Positions 41,731 to 59,852 of a stretch of 64,000 bases of DNA are shown in pieces (position 1 is the first letter of the stretch; every line of letters starts with the position of its first letter). A program made the position numbers and the translations under genes. Source of the stretch: Eledone cirrhosa (taxonomy: Eukaryota); assembly GCA_964016885.1 (NCBI GenBank), contig OZ024741.1:279062001-279126000 (forward strand). Direction: 5' to 3'. Under the pieces are notes generated by a model. The model saw only the letters and a program-made list of their open reading frames with translations, did not search any database and was not told the origin of the DNA.

Positions 41731-42285
41731 CCATCATCCACCACCATCCACCACCATCCACCGCCATCCACCGCCACCCACCACCATCCACCACCATCCA
41801 CCACCAACCAGCACCATCCACCACCATCCACCACCATCCACCACCATCCACAACCACCAACCAACCTCCACCACCAACCAACGCCATCAACTGCCATCCA
41901 CCGCCATCCACCACCATCCACCACTGTCCACCGCCAACCACCAACCAACGCTATCAACTGCCATCCACCGCCATCCACCACCATCCACCACCATCCACCA
42001 CCATTCACCACCGTCCACCGCCAACCACCACCATCCACCACCATTCACCACCATCCCCCACCATCCACCACCATCCACCAACCTCCACCACCAACCAACG
42101 CCATCCACCACCATCCACCGCCATCCACCACCAACATCCACCACCATCCATCACCACCCACCACTATCCACCCCTATCCACCACCATCCACCCCTATCCA
42201 CCACCAACCACCACCATCCACCACCATCCACCACTGTCCACTGCCAACCACCAACCAACGCTATCAACTGCCATCCATAGCCATC
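41731..42285. repeat. 10-bp CCACCATCCA-type minisatellite
   Basis: Seen directly. Confidence 0.9.
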
Positions 42286-42385
42286 ATTCGTAACACAGTC
42301 CAATAAATGTAGTTTCCCCTGTAGCCCAAGACTTTCCATTAATTTCTTGCATGTTTACAGATTACATAATGTAATAACTACCATC

Positions 42386-45300
42386 ATATATACAGTATAA
42401 TACAACAGATATAGTATATACAGTATAATACAACAGATATAGTATATACAGTATAATACAATAGATATAGTATATACAGTATAATACAATAGATATAGTA
42501 TATACAGTATAATACAACAGATATAGTATATACAGTATAATACAACAGATATAGTATATACAGTATAATACAACATATATAGTATATACAGTATAATACA
42601 ATATATATACAGTATAATACAATATATATAGTATATACAGTATAATACAACAGATATAGTATATACAGTATAATACAACAGATATAGTATATACAGTATA
42701 ATACAATAGATATAGTATATACAGTATAATACAATAGATATAGTATATACAGTATAATACAACAGATATAGTATATACAGTATAATACAACAGATATAGT
42801 ATATACAGTATAATACAATAGATATAGTATATACAGTATAATACAATAGATATAGTATATACAGTATAATACAATAGATATAGTATATACAGTATAATAC
42901 AACAGATATAGTATATACAGTATAATACAACAGATATAGTATATACAGTATAATACAATAGATATAGTATATACAGTATAATACAACAGATATAGTATAT
43001 ACAGTATAATACAATAGATATAGTATATACAGTATAATACAATAGATATGATATATACAGTATAATACAATAGATATAGTATATACAGTATAATACAATA
43101 GATATGATATATACAGTATAATACAACAGATATAGTATATACAGTATAATACAATAGATATAGTATATACAGTATAATACAATAGATATGATATATACAG
43201 TATAATACAATAGATATAGTATATACAGTATAATACAACATATATAGTATATACAGTATAATGCAACATATATAGTATATACAGTATAATACAATAGATA
43301 TAGTATATACAGTATAATACAACATATATAGTATATACAGTATAATACAATAGATATAATATATACAGTATAATACAATAGATATAGTATATACAGTATA
43401 ATACAACAGATATAGTATATACAGTATAATACAATAGATATAGTATATACAGTATAATACAATAGATATAGTATATACAGTATAATACAATAGATATGAT
43501 ATATACAGTATAATACAACAGATATAGTATATACAGTATAATACAACAGATATAGTATATACAATATAATACAATAGATATGATATATACAGTATAATAC
43601 AATAGATATAGTATATACAGTATAATACAATAGATATAGTATATACAGTATAATACAACATATATAGTATATACAGTATAATACAATATATATACAGTAT
43701 AATACAATAGATATAGTATATACAGTATAATACAACAGATATAGTATATACAGTATAATACAACATGTATAGTATATACAGTATAATACAATAGATATGA
43801 TATATACAGTATAATACAATAGATATGATATATACAGTATAATACAATAGATATAGTATATACAGTATAATACAATAGATATAGTATATACAGTATAATA
43901 CAATAGATATGATATATACAGTATAATACAATAGATATGATATATACAGTATAATACAATAGATATAGTATATACAGTATAATACAACAGATATAGTATA
44001 TACAGTATAATACAACAGATATAGTATATACAGTATAATACAATAGATATGATATATACAGTATAATACAATAGATATAGTATATACAGTATAATACAAC
44101 ATATATAGTATATACAGTATAATACAACATATATAGTATATACAGTATAATACAACATGTATAGTATATACAGTATAATACAACATATATAGTATATACA
44201 GTATAATACAATAGATATAGTATATACAGTATAATGCAACATATATAGTATATACAGTATAATACAATAGATATAGTATATACAGTATAATACAATAGAT
44301 ATAGTATATACAGTATAATACAACATATATAGTATATACAGTATAATACAATAGATATAATATATACAGTATAATACAACAGATATAATATATACAGTAT
44401 AATACAACATGTATAGTATATACAGTATAATACAATAGATATAGTATACACAGTATAATACAATAGATATCATATATACAGTATAATACAATAGATATAG
44501 TATATACAGTATAATACAACATGTATAGTATATACAGTATAATACAATAGATATCATATATACAGTATAATACAATAGATATGATATATGCAGTATAATA
44601 CAACAGATATAGTATATACAGTATAATACAACATATATAGTATATACAGTATAATACAATAGATATAGTATATACAGTATAATACAACATGTATAGTATA
44701 TACAGTATAATACAACATATATAGTATATACAGTATAATACAATAGATATAGTATATACAGTATAATACAATAGATATGATATATACAGTACAATACAAC
44801 AGATATAGTATATGCAGTATAATACAATAGATATGATATATACAGTATAATACAACATATATAGTATATACAGTATAATACAACAGATATAATATATACA
44901 GTATAATACAACATATATAGTATATACAGTATAATACAACAGATATAGTATATACAGTATAATACAATAGATATGATATATACAGTATAATACAATAGAT
45001 ATGATATATACAGTATAATACAATAGATATGATATATACAGTATAATACAACAGATATAGTATATACAGTATAATACAACAGATATAGTATATACAGTAT
45101 AATACAACAGATATAGTATATACAGTATAATACAATAGATATAGTATATACAGTATAATACAACAGATATAGTATATACAGTATAATACAACAGATATAG
45201 TATATACAGTATAATACAACAGATATAGTATATGCAGTATAATACAATAGATATGATATATACAGTACAATACAACAGATATAGTATATACAGTATAATA

Positions 45301-46233
45301 CAACATATATAGTATATACAGTATAATACAACAGATATAATATATACAGTATAATACAATAGATATGATATATACAGTATAATACAACAGATATAGTATA
45401 TATAGTATAATACAATAGATATGATATATACAGTATAATACAACAGATATAGTATATACAGTATAATACAACAGATATAATATATACAGTATAATACAAT
45501 AGATATAATATATACAGTATAATACAATAGATATGATATATACAGTATAATACAACAGATATAGTATATACAGTATAATATAATAGATATGATATATACA
45601 GTATAATACAACATGTATAGTATATACAGTATAATACAACATATATAGTATATACAGTATAATACAATAGATATGATATATGAGGTATAATACAACATAT
45701 ATCGTATATACAGTATAATACAATAGATATAATATATACAGTATAATACAACAGATATAGTATATACAGTATAATACAATATATATACAGTATAATACAA
45801 TATATATAATATATACAGTATAATACAACAGATATAGTATATACAGTATAATACAATATATATACAGTATAATACAACAGATATAGTATATACAGTATAA
45901 TACAATATATATACAGTATAATACAATATATATACAGTATAATAAAATAGATATAATATATACAGTATAATACAACAGATATAGTATATACAGTATAATA
46001 CAATAGATATAATATATACAGTATAATACAACAGATATAGTATATACAGTATAATACAATATATATACAGTATAATACAATATATATAATATATACAGTA
46101 TAATACAACAGATATAGTATATACAGTATAATACAATATATATACAGTATAATACAACAGATATAGTATATACAGTATAATACAACAGATATAGTATATA
46201 TAGTATAATACAATATATATACAGTATTATACA
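42386..46233. repeat. 28-bp AT-rich satellite (about 3.85 kb)
   Basis: Unit ATATAGTATATACAGTATAATACAA(C/T)AG. It is the source of the spurious 500-1300 aa ORFs. Confidence 0.95.
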
Positions 46234-46426
46234 ATAACTGTTCCAACTTATAGAATTATGTGTAACACAACAAATAGTTAATAATAATCCGTAGAAATAG
46301 AAAACTTGTAGGAAAGCTTACATCACTTAGCATGTATAATTTTATGGTTATTTTCTTTGCCAAACATATTGACATTGAAACTAAAGAAACAGATTCATCA
46401 TATATCTATCGACCAATCTAACTATC

Positions 46427-46523
<97 letters not shown>

Positions 46524-46684
46524 TCAATTATTAGGGATGAGTGACCTTCTTCTATACTATATATACCGGCAGCAATAGATTATTTTATGTTATTTAACCA
46601 ATAAAAACAATGTAACTCCATCTAATAACTTGATTAATATTAAGTTGGTTCTTCTACATTTCTTCTACTCATACACTGTCTATA

Positions 46685-48350
46685 TGTGTGTGTGTGTGTG
46701 TGTGTATCTGTGTGTGAGGTTCTGTGTGTGTCAGTGTTTGTGTAGATCTGTGGACGTGTGTGTGTATCTGTGTGTGAGGTTCTGTGTGTGTCAGTGTGTG
46801 TGTAGATCTGTGGACGTGTGTGTGTATCTGTGTGTGAGGTTCTGTGTGTGTCAGTGTGTGTGTAGATCTGTGGACGTGTGTGTATCTGTGTGTGAGGTTC
46901 TGTGTGTGTCAGTGTTTGTGTAGATCTGTGGATGTGTGTGAGGTTCTGTGTGTGTCAGTGTGTGTGTAGATCTGTGGACGTGTGTGTGTATCTGTGTGTG
47001 TGTATCTGTGTGTGAGGTTCTGTGTGTATCAGTGTGTGTGTAGATCTGTGGATGTGTGTGAGGTTCTGTGTGTATCAGTGTGTGTGTAGATCTGAGGATG
47101 TGTGAGGTTCTGTGTGTATCATTGTGTGTGTAGATCTGAGGATGTGTGTGTGTATCTGTGTGTGAGGTTCTGTGTGTGTCAGTGTGTGTGTAGATCTATG
47201 GATGTGTGTGAGGTTCTGTGTGTATCAGTGTGTGTGTAGATCTGTGGACGTGTGTGTGTATCTGTGTGTGAGGTTCTGTGTGTGTCAGTGTGTGTGTAGA
47301 TCTGTGGATGTGTGAGGTTCTGTGTGTATCAGTGTGTGTGTAGATCTGAGGATGTGTGAGGTTCTGTGTGTATCAGTGTGTGTGTAGATCTGAGGATGTG
47401 TGTGTGTATCTGTGTGTGAGGTTCTGTGTGTATCAGTGTGTGTGTAGATCTGTGGATGTGTGTGAGGTTCTGTGTGTATCAGTGTGTGTGTAGATCTGTG
47501 GATGTGTGTGAGGTTCTGTGTGTATCAGTGTGTGTGTAGATCTGAGGATGTGTGTGTGTATCTGTGTGTGAGGTTCTGTGTGTGTCAGTGTGTGTGTAGA
47601 TCTGTGGATGTGTGTGAGGTTCTGTGTGTATTTGTGTGTGTGTAGATCTGTGGACCTGTGTGTATCTGTGTGTGAGGTGTATCTGTGCGTATCAGTGTGT
47701 GTGTGTGTGTGTGTGTGTGTATCTGGATCTGTGGATCTGTGTGTGTGTGTATTTCTCTGTGTGTCTCTGCCTGTGTGTGTCTGTGTCAGTGGGTATATAT
47801 ATGTGTGTTTGTGTGTACGTCTGTCTTTATGCGTGTGTATGTGTCAGTATGTATATATATGTGTGTTTGTGTGTACGTCTGTCTTTATGTGTGTGTATGT
47901 GTCTGTGTGTAAGTGTCTGTGTGTAAGTGTCTGTGTGTATGTGTCTGTGTGTATGTGTCTGTGTGTAAGTGTCTGTGTGTATGTGTCTATGTGTAAGTGT
48001 CTGTGTGTATGTGTCTGTGTTTATGTGTCTGTGTGTAAGTGTCTGTGTGTAAGTGTCTGTGTGTATGTGTCAGTGTGTAAATGTCAGTGTGTATGTGTCA
48101 GTGTGTAAGTGTCAGTGTGTAAGTGTCAGTGTGTATGTGAAAGTGTGTAAGTGTCTGTGTATAAGTGTATGTGTGTATGTGTCAGTGTGTAAGTGTCTGT
48201 GTGTAAGTGTCTGCGTGTGTGTTGGTCTGTCTGTATCTATATATATCTATGTCTGTGTGTATGTCATTGTGTGTCTGTGTATGTGTGTCTCTGTATCTAT
48301 ATGTGTCTATGCCTCTGTGTATGTGTACGTGTGCCTGTGTGTATGTGTGA
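46685..48350. repeat. GT-rich compound minisatellite (about 44-60-bp units, decaying into 12-mers)
   Basis: Recurring TGTAGATCTGTGGA and GAGGTTCTGTGTGT blocks. Confidence 0.9.
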
Positions 48351-48409
48351 GCAAATATCTAGTTAATCGCAGTTGCTTTATTCTTTTCATCGGGGATTTT
48401 CTTCTTGGG

Positions 48410-48445
<36 letters not shown>

Positions 48446-48448
48446 TCT

Positions 48449-48516
<68 letters not shown>

Positions 48517-48762
48517 AATTTTTATATCTTGTGACACTCGCAGAACAGAGAATATAGTAATTATTACGGACTGTTCACATTATCAATATTGTATATAATT
48601 AGTAACAGACAATAGCTAATTAATACTTTATAAAAAATATTATTCCTTTTGCGAAAAAGAATCCCTTTTGAGTTTTCCACCGAATAAGTCTGGAAATAAA
48701 ACTGTATACACCTCTACCCCCATATACATACATTCACACACACGCACACACACATGTATATT

Positions 48763-48840
<78 letters not shown>

Positions 48841-49001
48841 TGTATGATTAAGAACGGTTTCCTGAAAAGGAACGGAAAGAACCGCAGTTAAATAAGGTAC
48901 TCAATACATCAGTAGAGAATGTGCAGGATTTATTTCATGAGGAAATAACTCTATGTGACTAGAACTGAATAAACAGTGCTAGTCTTGTAGAATTCTTTTC
49001 T

Positions 49002-49087
<86 letters not shown>

Positions 49088-49168
49088 GGTAAACAGAAAT
49101 AACAACACAATCGGTACATTATATGGAAAGTATATGTTAGGAAAACGCTTTAAATAGCAGGAAGAGGG

Positions 49169-49204
49169 TCTTAACGTTTCGGACGCTAGTCCTTCATCAG
49201 AAGA
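49169..49204 (-). ncRNA. Minimal type I hammerhead ribozyme motif
   Basis: Minus strand TCTT-CTGATGA-A-GGAC-TAGC-GTCC-GAAA-CG-TT-AAGA, with palindromic stem III ACGT. The same repeat family occurs at 62434-62555 (-) and about 62215-62265 (+, decayed). Confidence 0.72.
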
Positions 49205-49408
49205 AAGAATGAGAAATTTGTGCAAAAAAAGTGTGCTCGTTAGAAAATGTTCTACACAGATGACGTTATATAAAGAAAATGATTTTAAAAAGGGGGTTTT
49301 AAGGCCTGCTTTCTCAGTTTTGAATCATCAAAATATTTGTTAAGTTAAATTGTTTGTTTTTTCGTTAAAACCCTTGCTTGCTAATTCTCGAAAATCAGCA
49401 TGGAGGAG

Positions 49409-49452
<44 letters not shown>

Positions 49453-49459
<7 letters not shown>

Positions 49460-49791
49460 ATATTAATAAATGGAAACTATATTTATAAAAGCATTTTAAT
49501 TTTATTATACATATTTCAAGGGCAACCAAGGCAATTTATGGTGCGCTTTCATCAGATAAAATGCAGATTTGTTTTATAAATAAATATTGACATACCCGGA
49601 AAAAAAGACAACCTTAACGGTTGGAGCTTCCTGGATAGTTTTTTTTTCCGGGTATGTCAATATTTATTTATAAAACAAATCTGTATTTTATCTCATGAAA
49701 GGGCACCATAATTTGCCTTGGTTTCCCTCGAAATATGTATAATAAAATAAATATGGTTTTATAAATATAGTTTCCATTTATTAATATATTG
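49453..49791. mobile_element. Fold-back element with hammerhead-like motifs in both arms
   Basis: 49453-49606 is the reverse complement of 49640-49791. Arm consensus TTTAT-CTGATGA-AAGGGC...GCCCT(T/C)-GAAA-TATGTATA-ATAAA. Confidence 0.78.
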
Positions 49792-49798
49792 TGTATTT

Positions 49799-49975
49799 GG
49801 TGGATTGGCAGTATCGGTAAAGGGTCGAACGCCATGCATAGAGTTACGGCCCTTGCCATTCTGAGTTCAAATCCTGCCGCGGTTAACTTTGCTTTTCATC
49901 CTTACGGGGTCGATAAAATAAAGTATCAATAATACACTGGGTAATTGCTGGCCTTGTGCCAAAAGTAGAAACAAT
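49799..49975 (+). mobile_element. tRNA-derived SINE with about 19-bp TSD
   Basis: ATTAATATATTGTGTATTT occurs before (about 49780-49798) and after (about 49974-49992). Confidence 0.88.
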
Positions 49976-50158
49976 TAATATATTGTGTATTTACTCCACT
50001 AATCTGTTGAGTGCTTCATATCAGTAATAAAAAATTTTAAGCTAGTTAAATCCCAACAAATTAAATATAACCTCTGCATATATATATATATATATATATA
50101 TATAAGAGAGTATTGAAGTTTGCTTGAAGCATTGTGGAATAATAAGGTAAATTTCTTT

Positions 50159-52731
<2,573 letters not shown>

Positions 52732-52769
52732 CGAGCTGAGGATCCGCTAAGGTGAAACAATTGTTCTCG
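52732..52769 (+). ncRNA. Minimal type I hammerhead ribozyme motif
   Basis: CGAG-CTGAGGA-TCC-GCTAA-GGT-GAAA-CAATTG-TT-CTCG: stem I CGAG/CTCG, palindromic stem III ACAATTGT. Downstream sequence is homologous to about 24490-24590. Confidence 0.65.
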
Positions 52770-53054
52770 GTATGGTGAACTAACTGTTGTGTTACCACTT
52801 CTACCTAACTTGTTCCATGGACTGAGTGCTCTACCACTACGGATATTACCTTCCAGTGTTCTACCTCTCTCTCTCTATATATATATAATAGAAAAAATTA
52901 GGAAGTTTCGTTTACGTATGAAAAAATATTTAATGCGTATCGACCTGTTACGCGCGTTTCGCAGAGGATTGGCTCAAGGTGACCCATACACTATGCCTGT
53001 GCATAGAGTGATTGATTTGATATCAACACCAGTATTTCACCATACTACCTACAC

Positions 53055-53090
<36 letters not shown>

Positions 53091-53094
53091 AGTC

Positions 53095-54290
53095 AGCCCG
53101 TACCTTGTGGCACATAACGCAGCTAACCTCCACCAACATTGTCGGTCTGCCGCACTTCTCACTTCTGTCCAACTACTTCATATGTGTCTAAATTCCTCCT
53201 GGAATGTTCAACCTTAGGTAATCATGTGCCAGTTCCACCTCCGCTTTCTCTTCTCTGCTGTCCATAACATTGCAGTGTTTGCATGCTGTGAGTCTTGTAG
53301 GCGCAAAATGTGACCTGCCAAGCAAAACCGACATAGTGCCATTTGGGATTTTGTCTTCCCAGGTAACCTTGAGGTTTCTTTGTAAGTAACGTTGATAGAA
53401 AGTGTGCAGCTTCTTAGCCACCTTTACTGTCACCTTCTATGTTTCACCGACATACAGAACTGTTGACAAAAACTATTGCAATATACAGTTCAACCTATAT
53501 TTCAATACTGATACTTGATTTGGCGCATGCGCTGGAATATGGATCTTAAACTGCCAATTCTACCGTTCACGTCATTTTCAACACTTCCCTCACCACCCTG
53601 TAAAATTTGTCCACTTCTTTCACAATTTTCTGTTCAATGTCGATGAGGTGTTAAATTTGTGACATTTATCTGTATCACCTTGGTCTTTTCACCACAAGAT
53701 CTCAACTACAATTTGATCATATCTAATTGTTTTGTTGTTCTTCAATTTCTTCACCGCATGTTATATTTCCTCTTCATTGGTATCACCAACACACACATAT
53801 ATATTGTTGTGAGTTAAAGTCAAAGCCTGTAACTGGATCTGGCTGATTCAACATCTCATGAAAGTATCCCAGTTTTCCATTATTTTGTTCTTCTGATAAC
53901 AGGAGATTTCCAGTTTTGTCTTTGATAAGTGAAGGTGTATGGCTTAGTGGTTAGTGAATTAGATTGGCAATCGTGATGTTGAGAGTTCGATTTCCACTCA
54001 GGGTAGTGCGTTATGTTCTTGATCAAGACATTTTATTTTACGTTGCTCTTTCTGCCATTAGTTACGACCAATTGAAACATTGTTTCCTTGATCTGATTTG
54101 ATAAGTTCCACCCAACTCGGTAAGTCAATGAGGGCTGGGATTTTGTCGATTGTTTCGATCGATCCAATGCACAGCTGTTGCTTTTTGAACCTGTGAGTTC
54201 TCTGACAATGCCGTACAATGCTTTGAAGCAATTTCTACTGGCTGCGTTTTTTGTTATAATCGCTCCTTCTAGTCTTCTGTCTTGTGCCTC
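53095..54290 (-). mobile_element. Decayed RTE-like LINE interrupted by a SINE
   Basis: KKLHTFYQRYLQRNLKVTWEDKIPN and MYGIVRELTG fragments. A SINE is inserted at about 53930-54160. Confidence 0.6.
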
Positions 54291-54574
54291 TGATCCAGTG
54301 TATAATGATGGATTATAGTGATGCTGACAATCGTTACCTGACAGAGATGTGTGGCTATTCCGATTTGTAACTCACATCTCGAGATGCGAGATATAAGTCA
54401 GCATGGCCACACATCTCTCCATCTCTCTTAACGCTTGAAAATCACGAAACTTGTGAAACGGGTTAAGTTATAAATAATTGTAAATAAACCTTCTTAAAGA
54501 CTCCAATGGCGTTTTCAGCTTCTTTTTCCTATATTTTTACCCGTGTGGGATATATAAAATAACTTTACTTTCAA

Positions 54575-54644
<70 letters not shown>

Positions 54645-55276
54645 CTTCGATTTCGTTCCATAGTTGAGGTTGTTTGACGCACATGTAAATACCAGAATAT
54701 TATTAAGATAGTGAATGATGTTTCGATGTATATCTTATTTATTTTTTAATACTTTGATGATTGAGTGTTAGAAAAGACATAGATATATATGTTAAACCTT
54801 AAATATATTTTATTGCGTACACCAACGGACAAAGATTCTGAATATATACCAAGAAAAATTGTGTTATCCTTCATTCACTTATGCTATTATATCTGTCGCA
54901 AGAACTCTAAAGAATACCGTGAAGCACACAGTCCGACGTTCTCAAGACTCATGGCATATATATATATAAAATATGTGTATATTTATACAGACATCTGATA
55001 TATCCATCCATATATTTACATGAAAATGTATGTCTTCTCCAACCAAACGAGGACATCTATATATATAGTAACAAAATGATTAAATATCTAACGCTCTCTC
55101 CACTTTCCACACTGACACATGACACATACGTGACCCTGCATGCACACTTACACGCACACGCACTTACATGCACACACACTTACACGCGCACACACTTACA
55201 TGCACGCTCACATACATGCACACACACACACATACGCACGCACGCACACAAACGTGCACACAAATATACATATATA

Positions 55277-55361
<85 letters not shown>

Positions 55362-55435
55362 CTGTGTGTATTCTGTATGTATATATGTATGTATATATGT
55401 ATGTATATATGTATGTATATATGTATGTATATTAT

Positions 55436-56265
55436 GTCAGGTCACAAGTGTAGTGTTTGTACCAGAGTTTTCCAGTCGCTGGCTGGACTAAAAAATCACA
55501 CTCGTTCAGCGCATCGGTAGGGGTTCTCCTACATGGATATAAAGTAGTGGCCGTACTCGAAAACGAGTTGGCAGCCACCATGTATGTATGTATATATGTA
55601 TTATACATATATACATACATACATATATGCATCCATACATGCATATATATATGTCAGGTCACCAGTTGGTGCTACTGGTAACATGTATCCCAGTACAACC
55701 TGTGTCATGGTCGGGTCGTTGGCGACTAAACTGGCAACCCCACCAAGGTTTCTTCGTGAGGAGGGTGACTTTGAACATCCTGCAAGACTAAAAACAAAAC
55801 CTGTCAAAGGGCAAACGAACTCTTAAGAGTCAATGGCCATCCAAAATCACCGCGAGAGATGACCCCTTAACCTTTGTCAAGGCAGACTTCTAGGAGAAGG
55901 AAAACTCTGATATAACACCTGCAATCCTGATGGTATCCAATGATGTTGACTTGTTCTTCTTTTTGGTAAATATCATCTTGGTTAAGAGAGTGGGACTGGC
56001 TTTGTGCAGTGCTTTTGCTCACTATAAAAGCTTCACGACACAGGCATTGCTTTATATCTGGAGATCTCTCTGCACTTGTCGTTACATGGTACCATGGGCC
56101 CAAGACTATGAGTCAATAATTGTCACAGGTGTAGTGTTTGTACCAGAGTTTTCAAGTCGCTGGCTGGACTAAAAAGTCACACCCGTTCAGCGCATCGGTG
56201 GGGGTTCTCCTACATGGATATAAAGTAGTGGCCGTACTCGAAAACGAGTTGGCAGCCACCATGTA
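55436..56265 (+). mobile_element. Non-autonomous RTE-derived element with duplicated 3' end
   Basis: The 3' end encodes the C2H2-like GHKCSVCTRVFQSLAGLKNHTRSAHR and is followed by (TATG)n. It occurs at 55441-55585 and again at 56122-56265, with an RTE-type 5' region at about 55655-55840. Confidence 0.65.
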
Positions 56266-56462
56266 TACATATATGTATTTATATAAGTATGCATATATGT
56301 ATGTATACATATATGTATGTATACATATATGCATAAATGTATGTATGTATGTATGTATGTATGCATGTATGTATGTATATGTGTATGTATGTATATACTC
56401 TTGGAATATGTAACTTCAAAAAATCAAGTATGACACATATTTATGTGTGTGCCTCAGCATGC

Positions 56463-56492
<30 letters not shown>

Positions 56493-56494
<2 letters not shown>

Positions 56495-57237
56495 AATTTA
56501 GTACAGCATCATCGAAGCTTTGGTTGCAGCCAAGCTAACGAATGCAATCTCGGTGTGCAGCTAAGCACTCAATAGGGTATATTACCCTGGAGTTATAACA
56601 TTACGTTTAGACAGCTTTGCAAATTGAAGACAGCGACCGATAGACAGGCCGCAGTGACCATAGCGACGAAATATACTGAACTCAGGATAAAATTTGACTA
56701 ACCTGGACCATCGCGTCGACATCATACACAACACATGATATATACCATATAATATACATCACATATAATATATAATATCTCCGCTAGGTTTCTGTAAATC
56801 CGAAATCGACAAAATCCACTTGCAGAGGTCTGCAAGTTAATGGTTTTTGGAAGATAGAACAAGGAATTTACTTCGTCAACAAGTTTTTCGTTCTCGTCCG
56901 CCCGGGTGTGAATGCTAGCAGTAAGCGCTGTCAGAAGGTAGATGGTTCTCCCGAAGGGAGGTAACCCCCGGTTTTGGCGGTCAATTCAAATTTGGAACAA
57001 AGGAATAAAATTCCTTTACACAAACCGAATTAAGCACTCGACTAGAAGTTAACAAAGAAACATAAACAATTAATCAATCAATAGAATTGTCTAATTAAAT
57101 TAATCAATTAATCGTTAGTTCTAGGAGATAATAATACAAAATTTAGTACAGCATCATCGAATCTCTGGTTGCAGCCAAGCTAACGAATGCAATCTCGGTG
57201 TGCAGCTAAGCACTCAATAGGCTATATTACCCTAGAG

Positions 57238-57242
<5 letters not shown>
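56493..57242. mobile_element. Element bounded by about 105-bp direct repeats, within (TA)n
   Basis: AAAATTTAGTACAGCATCATCGAA...TATTACCCT.GAGTTATA at 56493-56597 and 57138-57242. Confidence 0.7.
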
Positions 57243-57320
<78 letters not shown>

Positions 57321-57613
57321 CACTCTTCTCATGTACTGAGAACTACCACAATTAGTGATTGCATACTATATATATATGCTGAACATACAAGCCGAAACCG
57401 CTTGGCACCGCAGTGTGTGTGTGGGGGGGGGGGCATCAAGTGTGGCAGAAACTCGAGTACGGGTATAAATTTATGGTACCCATTTACGTGTGTTGTATCG
57501 AGGCAAATAACTGTGTCTACGTGGGATTTATATATAACCTTACCTATTGTGTGCGCTGAGGTATGACCGGTACTAGGATGCAAACCTTCTGCTAGTGCCT
57601 CCCGTTAACCTCT

Positions 57614-57700
<87 letters not shown>

Positions 57701-57710
57701 TACAGTCACA

Positions 57711-57912
57711 CACGAGGATGGGTTGACAAGTTCATAGGCTGGCCATGAAGGATTGATGCTAGAGGTGTGAAATCTTGCATTCATTAATTTCAACTCTTCT
57801 TATTAATAACGGCGCTGTTTCTTTCCAGGGACTATGTTGAAAAATAAACCTCATTTGATCATTCCGTGAGAGTATCTTGGTCAGCCTATGAACTTCTCAG
57901 CCGACCCTCGTA
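57711..57912. mobile_element. Tc1/mariner-derived MITE
   Basis: TIRs CGAGGATGGGTTGACAAGTTCATAGGCTGGCCA / reverse complement CGAGGGTCGGCTGAGAAGTTCATAGGCTGACCA, with TA at the right end. Confidence 0.8.
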
Positions 57913-57955
57913 TATATAATATACATACGTGTGTGTGTGAGAGAGAGAGATAGAT

Positions 57956-58043
<88 letters not shown>

Positions 58044-58215
58044 CTTGAAAGTTCGTAGCCTAATGGTTAGGGTTTCAGGCTCACAATCGAAGCAAGACAC
58101 TTTATTTCATGTTGTTTCAGTTCATTCAGATGAGTTACAACCACACAGATTTGTATTGAGTATTTTACTTACTGTGGTTACCCCCGATTAAACCCGGGAC
58201 TCACGCATGCACACA

Positions 58216-58280
<65 letters not shown>

Positions 58281-58290
58281 TTGCAAACAA

Positions 58291-58341
<51 letters not shown>

Positions 58342-58342
58342 T

Positions 58343-58402
<60 letters not shown>

Positions 58403-58428
58403 GCACACATATGTATATTTAAGTGTGA

Positions 58429-58505
<77 letters not shown>

Positions 58506-58890
58506 AAACCAGCTTGGCAATTGTACCATTCCTTATCTTTAAAGACGCGAGATTGTCGTATGACGGAGATTTGACTTCTATTTCTACCAGGTTCGTTTGT
58601 TCGATGGCTTATCAATATCATCCAATAGAAGCTAATGACTGAAACGGTATAGTACTTTATAGTATGTAGATATGTGCCCATAATCACCCCATTGTTTCCT
58701 TTCATATCCCCTCCAGGGTCAATGAAAATATAACCAGTAATGTAGCGGTGTCGATTCTAACAACTATATCACTTTCATTAAGTTAAGACTGGTTAATTTT
58801 ATCAAAATCTTTCGTTATGCATCAGCTATGACCGTTCCGCCTTCGCCCACTCTCTAAACACTGATATATATATGTGTGTGTGTATGTGTA

Positions 58891-58978
<88 letters not shown>

Positions 58979-59073
58979 CACACACATATATATATTGTAT
59001 TATAGAAATGACTAGAACTGTTAGCATATACTATATATGTATATATACACATACATATATATACATATATACT

Positions 59074-59133
<60 letters not shown>

Positions 59134-59247
59134 TAAATATAGGTTTATATTTATACATGTATGTGTATATGTATATATAGTATATTGAAGTAATTTCTAT
59201 AGTACAATATTATATATATATATAGTTGTAAAGCAGTAAATTGAAAT

Positions 59248-59852
59248 AATTGTTTCTACTTTAGGCACAAGGCCAGCAATTACCCAGTGCATTACTGGTA
59301 CTTTATTTTATCGACCCCGTAAGGATGAAAGGCAAAGTCAACCTCGGCGGGATTTGAACTCAGATCGTAAAGGGATGTAACTATGCTGGAAAGCATGGCG
59401 TCCGACCCTCTACCGATACTGCCAATCCACCGCCACTGCCAATGAAATTATTGTTTCTACTTTAGGCACAAGGCCAGCAAATACCCAGTGCATTACTGGT
59501 ACTTTATTTTATCGACCCCGTAAGGATGAAAGGCAAAGTCAACCTCGGCGGGATTTGAACTCAGATCGTAAAGGGACGTAACTATGATGGAGAGCATGGC
59601 GTCCGACCCTCTACCGATACTGCCAATCCACCGCCCTATGAAATAATAATTCACTGCCAATGAAATATTTGTTTCTACTTTAGGCACAAGGCCAGCAATT
59701 ACCCAGTGCATTACTGGTACTTTATTTTATCGACCCCGTAAGGATGAAAGGCAAAGTCAACCTTGGTGGGATTTGAACTCAGATCGTAAAGGGACGTAAC
59801 TATGCTGGAAAGCATGGCGTCCGACCCTCTACTGATACTGCCAATCCACCGC
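59248..59852 (-). mobile_element. Three head-to-tail copies of the main SINE
   Basis: Copies at about 59248-59434, 59448-59635 and 59668-59852, separated and followed by ACTGCCAATGAAAT. Confidence 0.92.

Noticed and set aside
41660-42339. Gly/Trp-rich ORFs
   Set aside because: Translations of the 10-bp CCACCATCCA repeat.
42355-46246. ORFs of 543-1294 aa
   Set aside because: They are translations of a 28-bp satellite that lacks stops on the minus strand. All three frames give the same YYTVY/CIILY repeat.
55436-55520. C2H2 zinc-finger gene
   Set aside because: A single finger at the 3' end of a duplicated RTE-type repeat followed by a (TATG)n tail; not a host gene.
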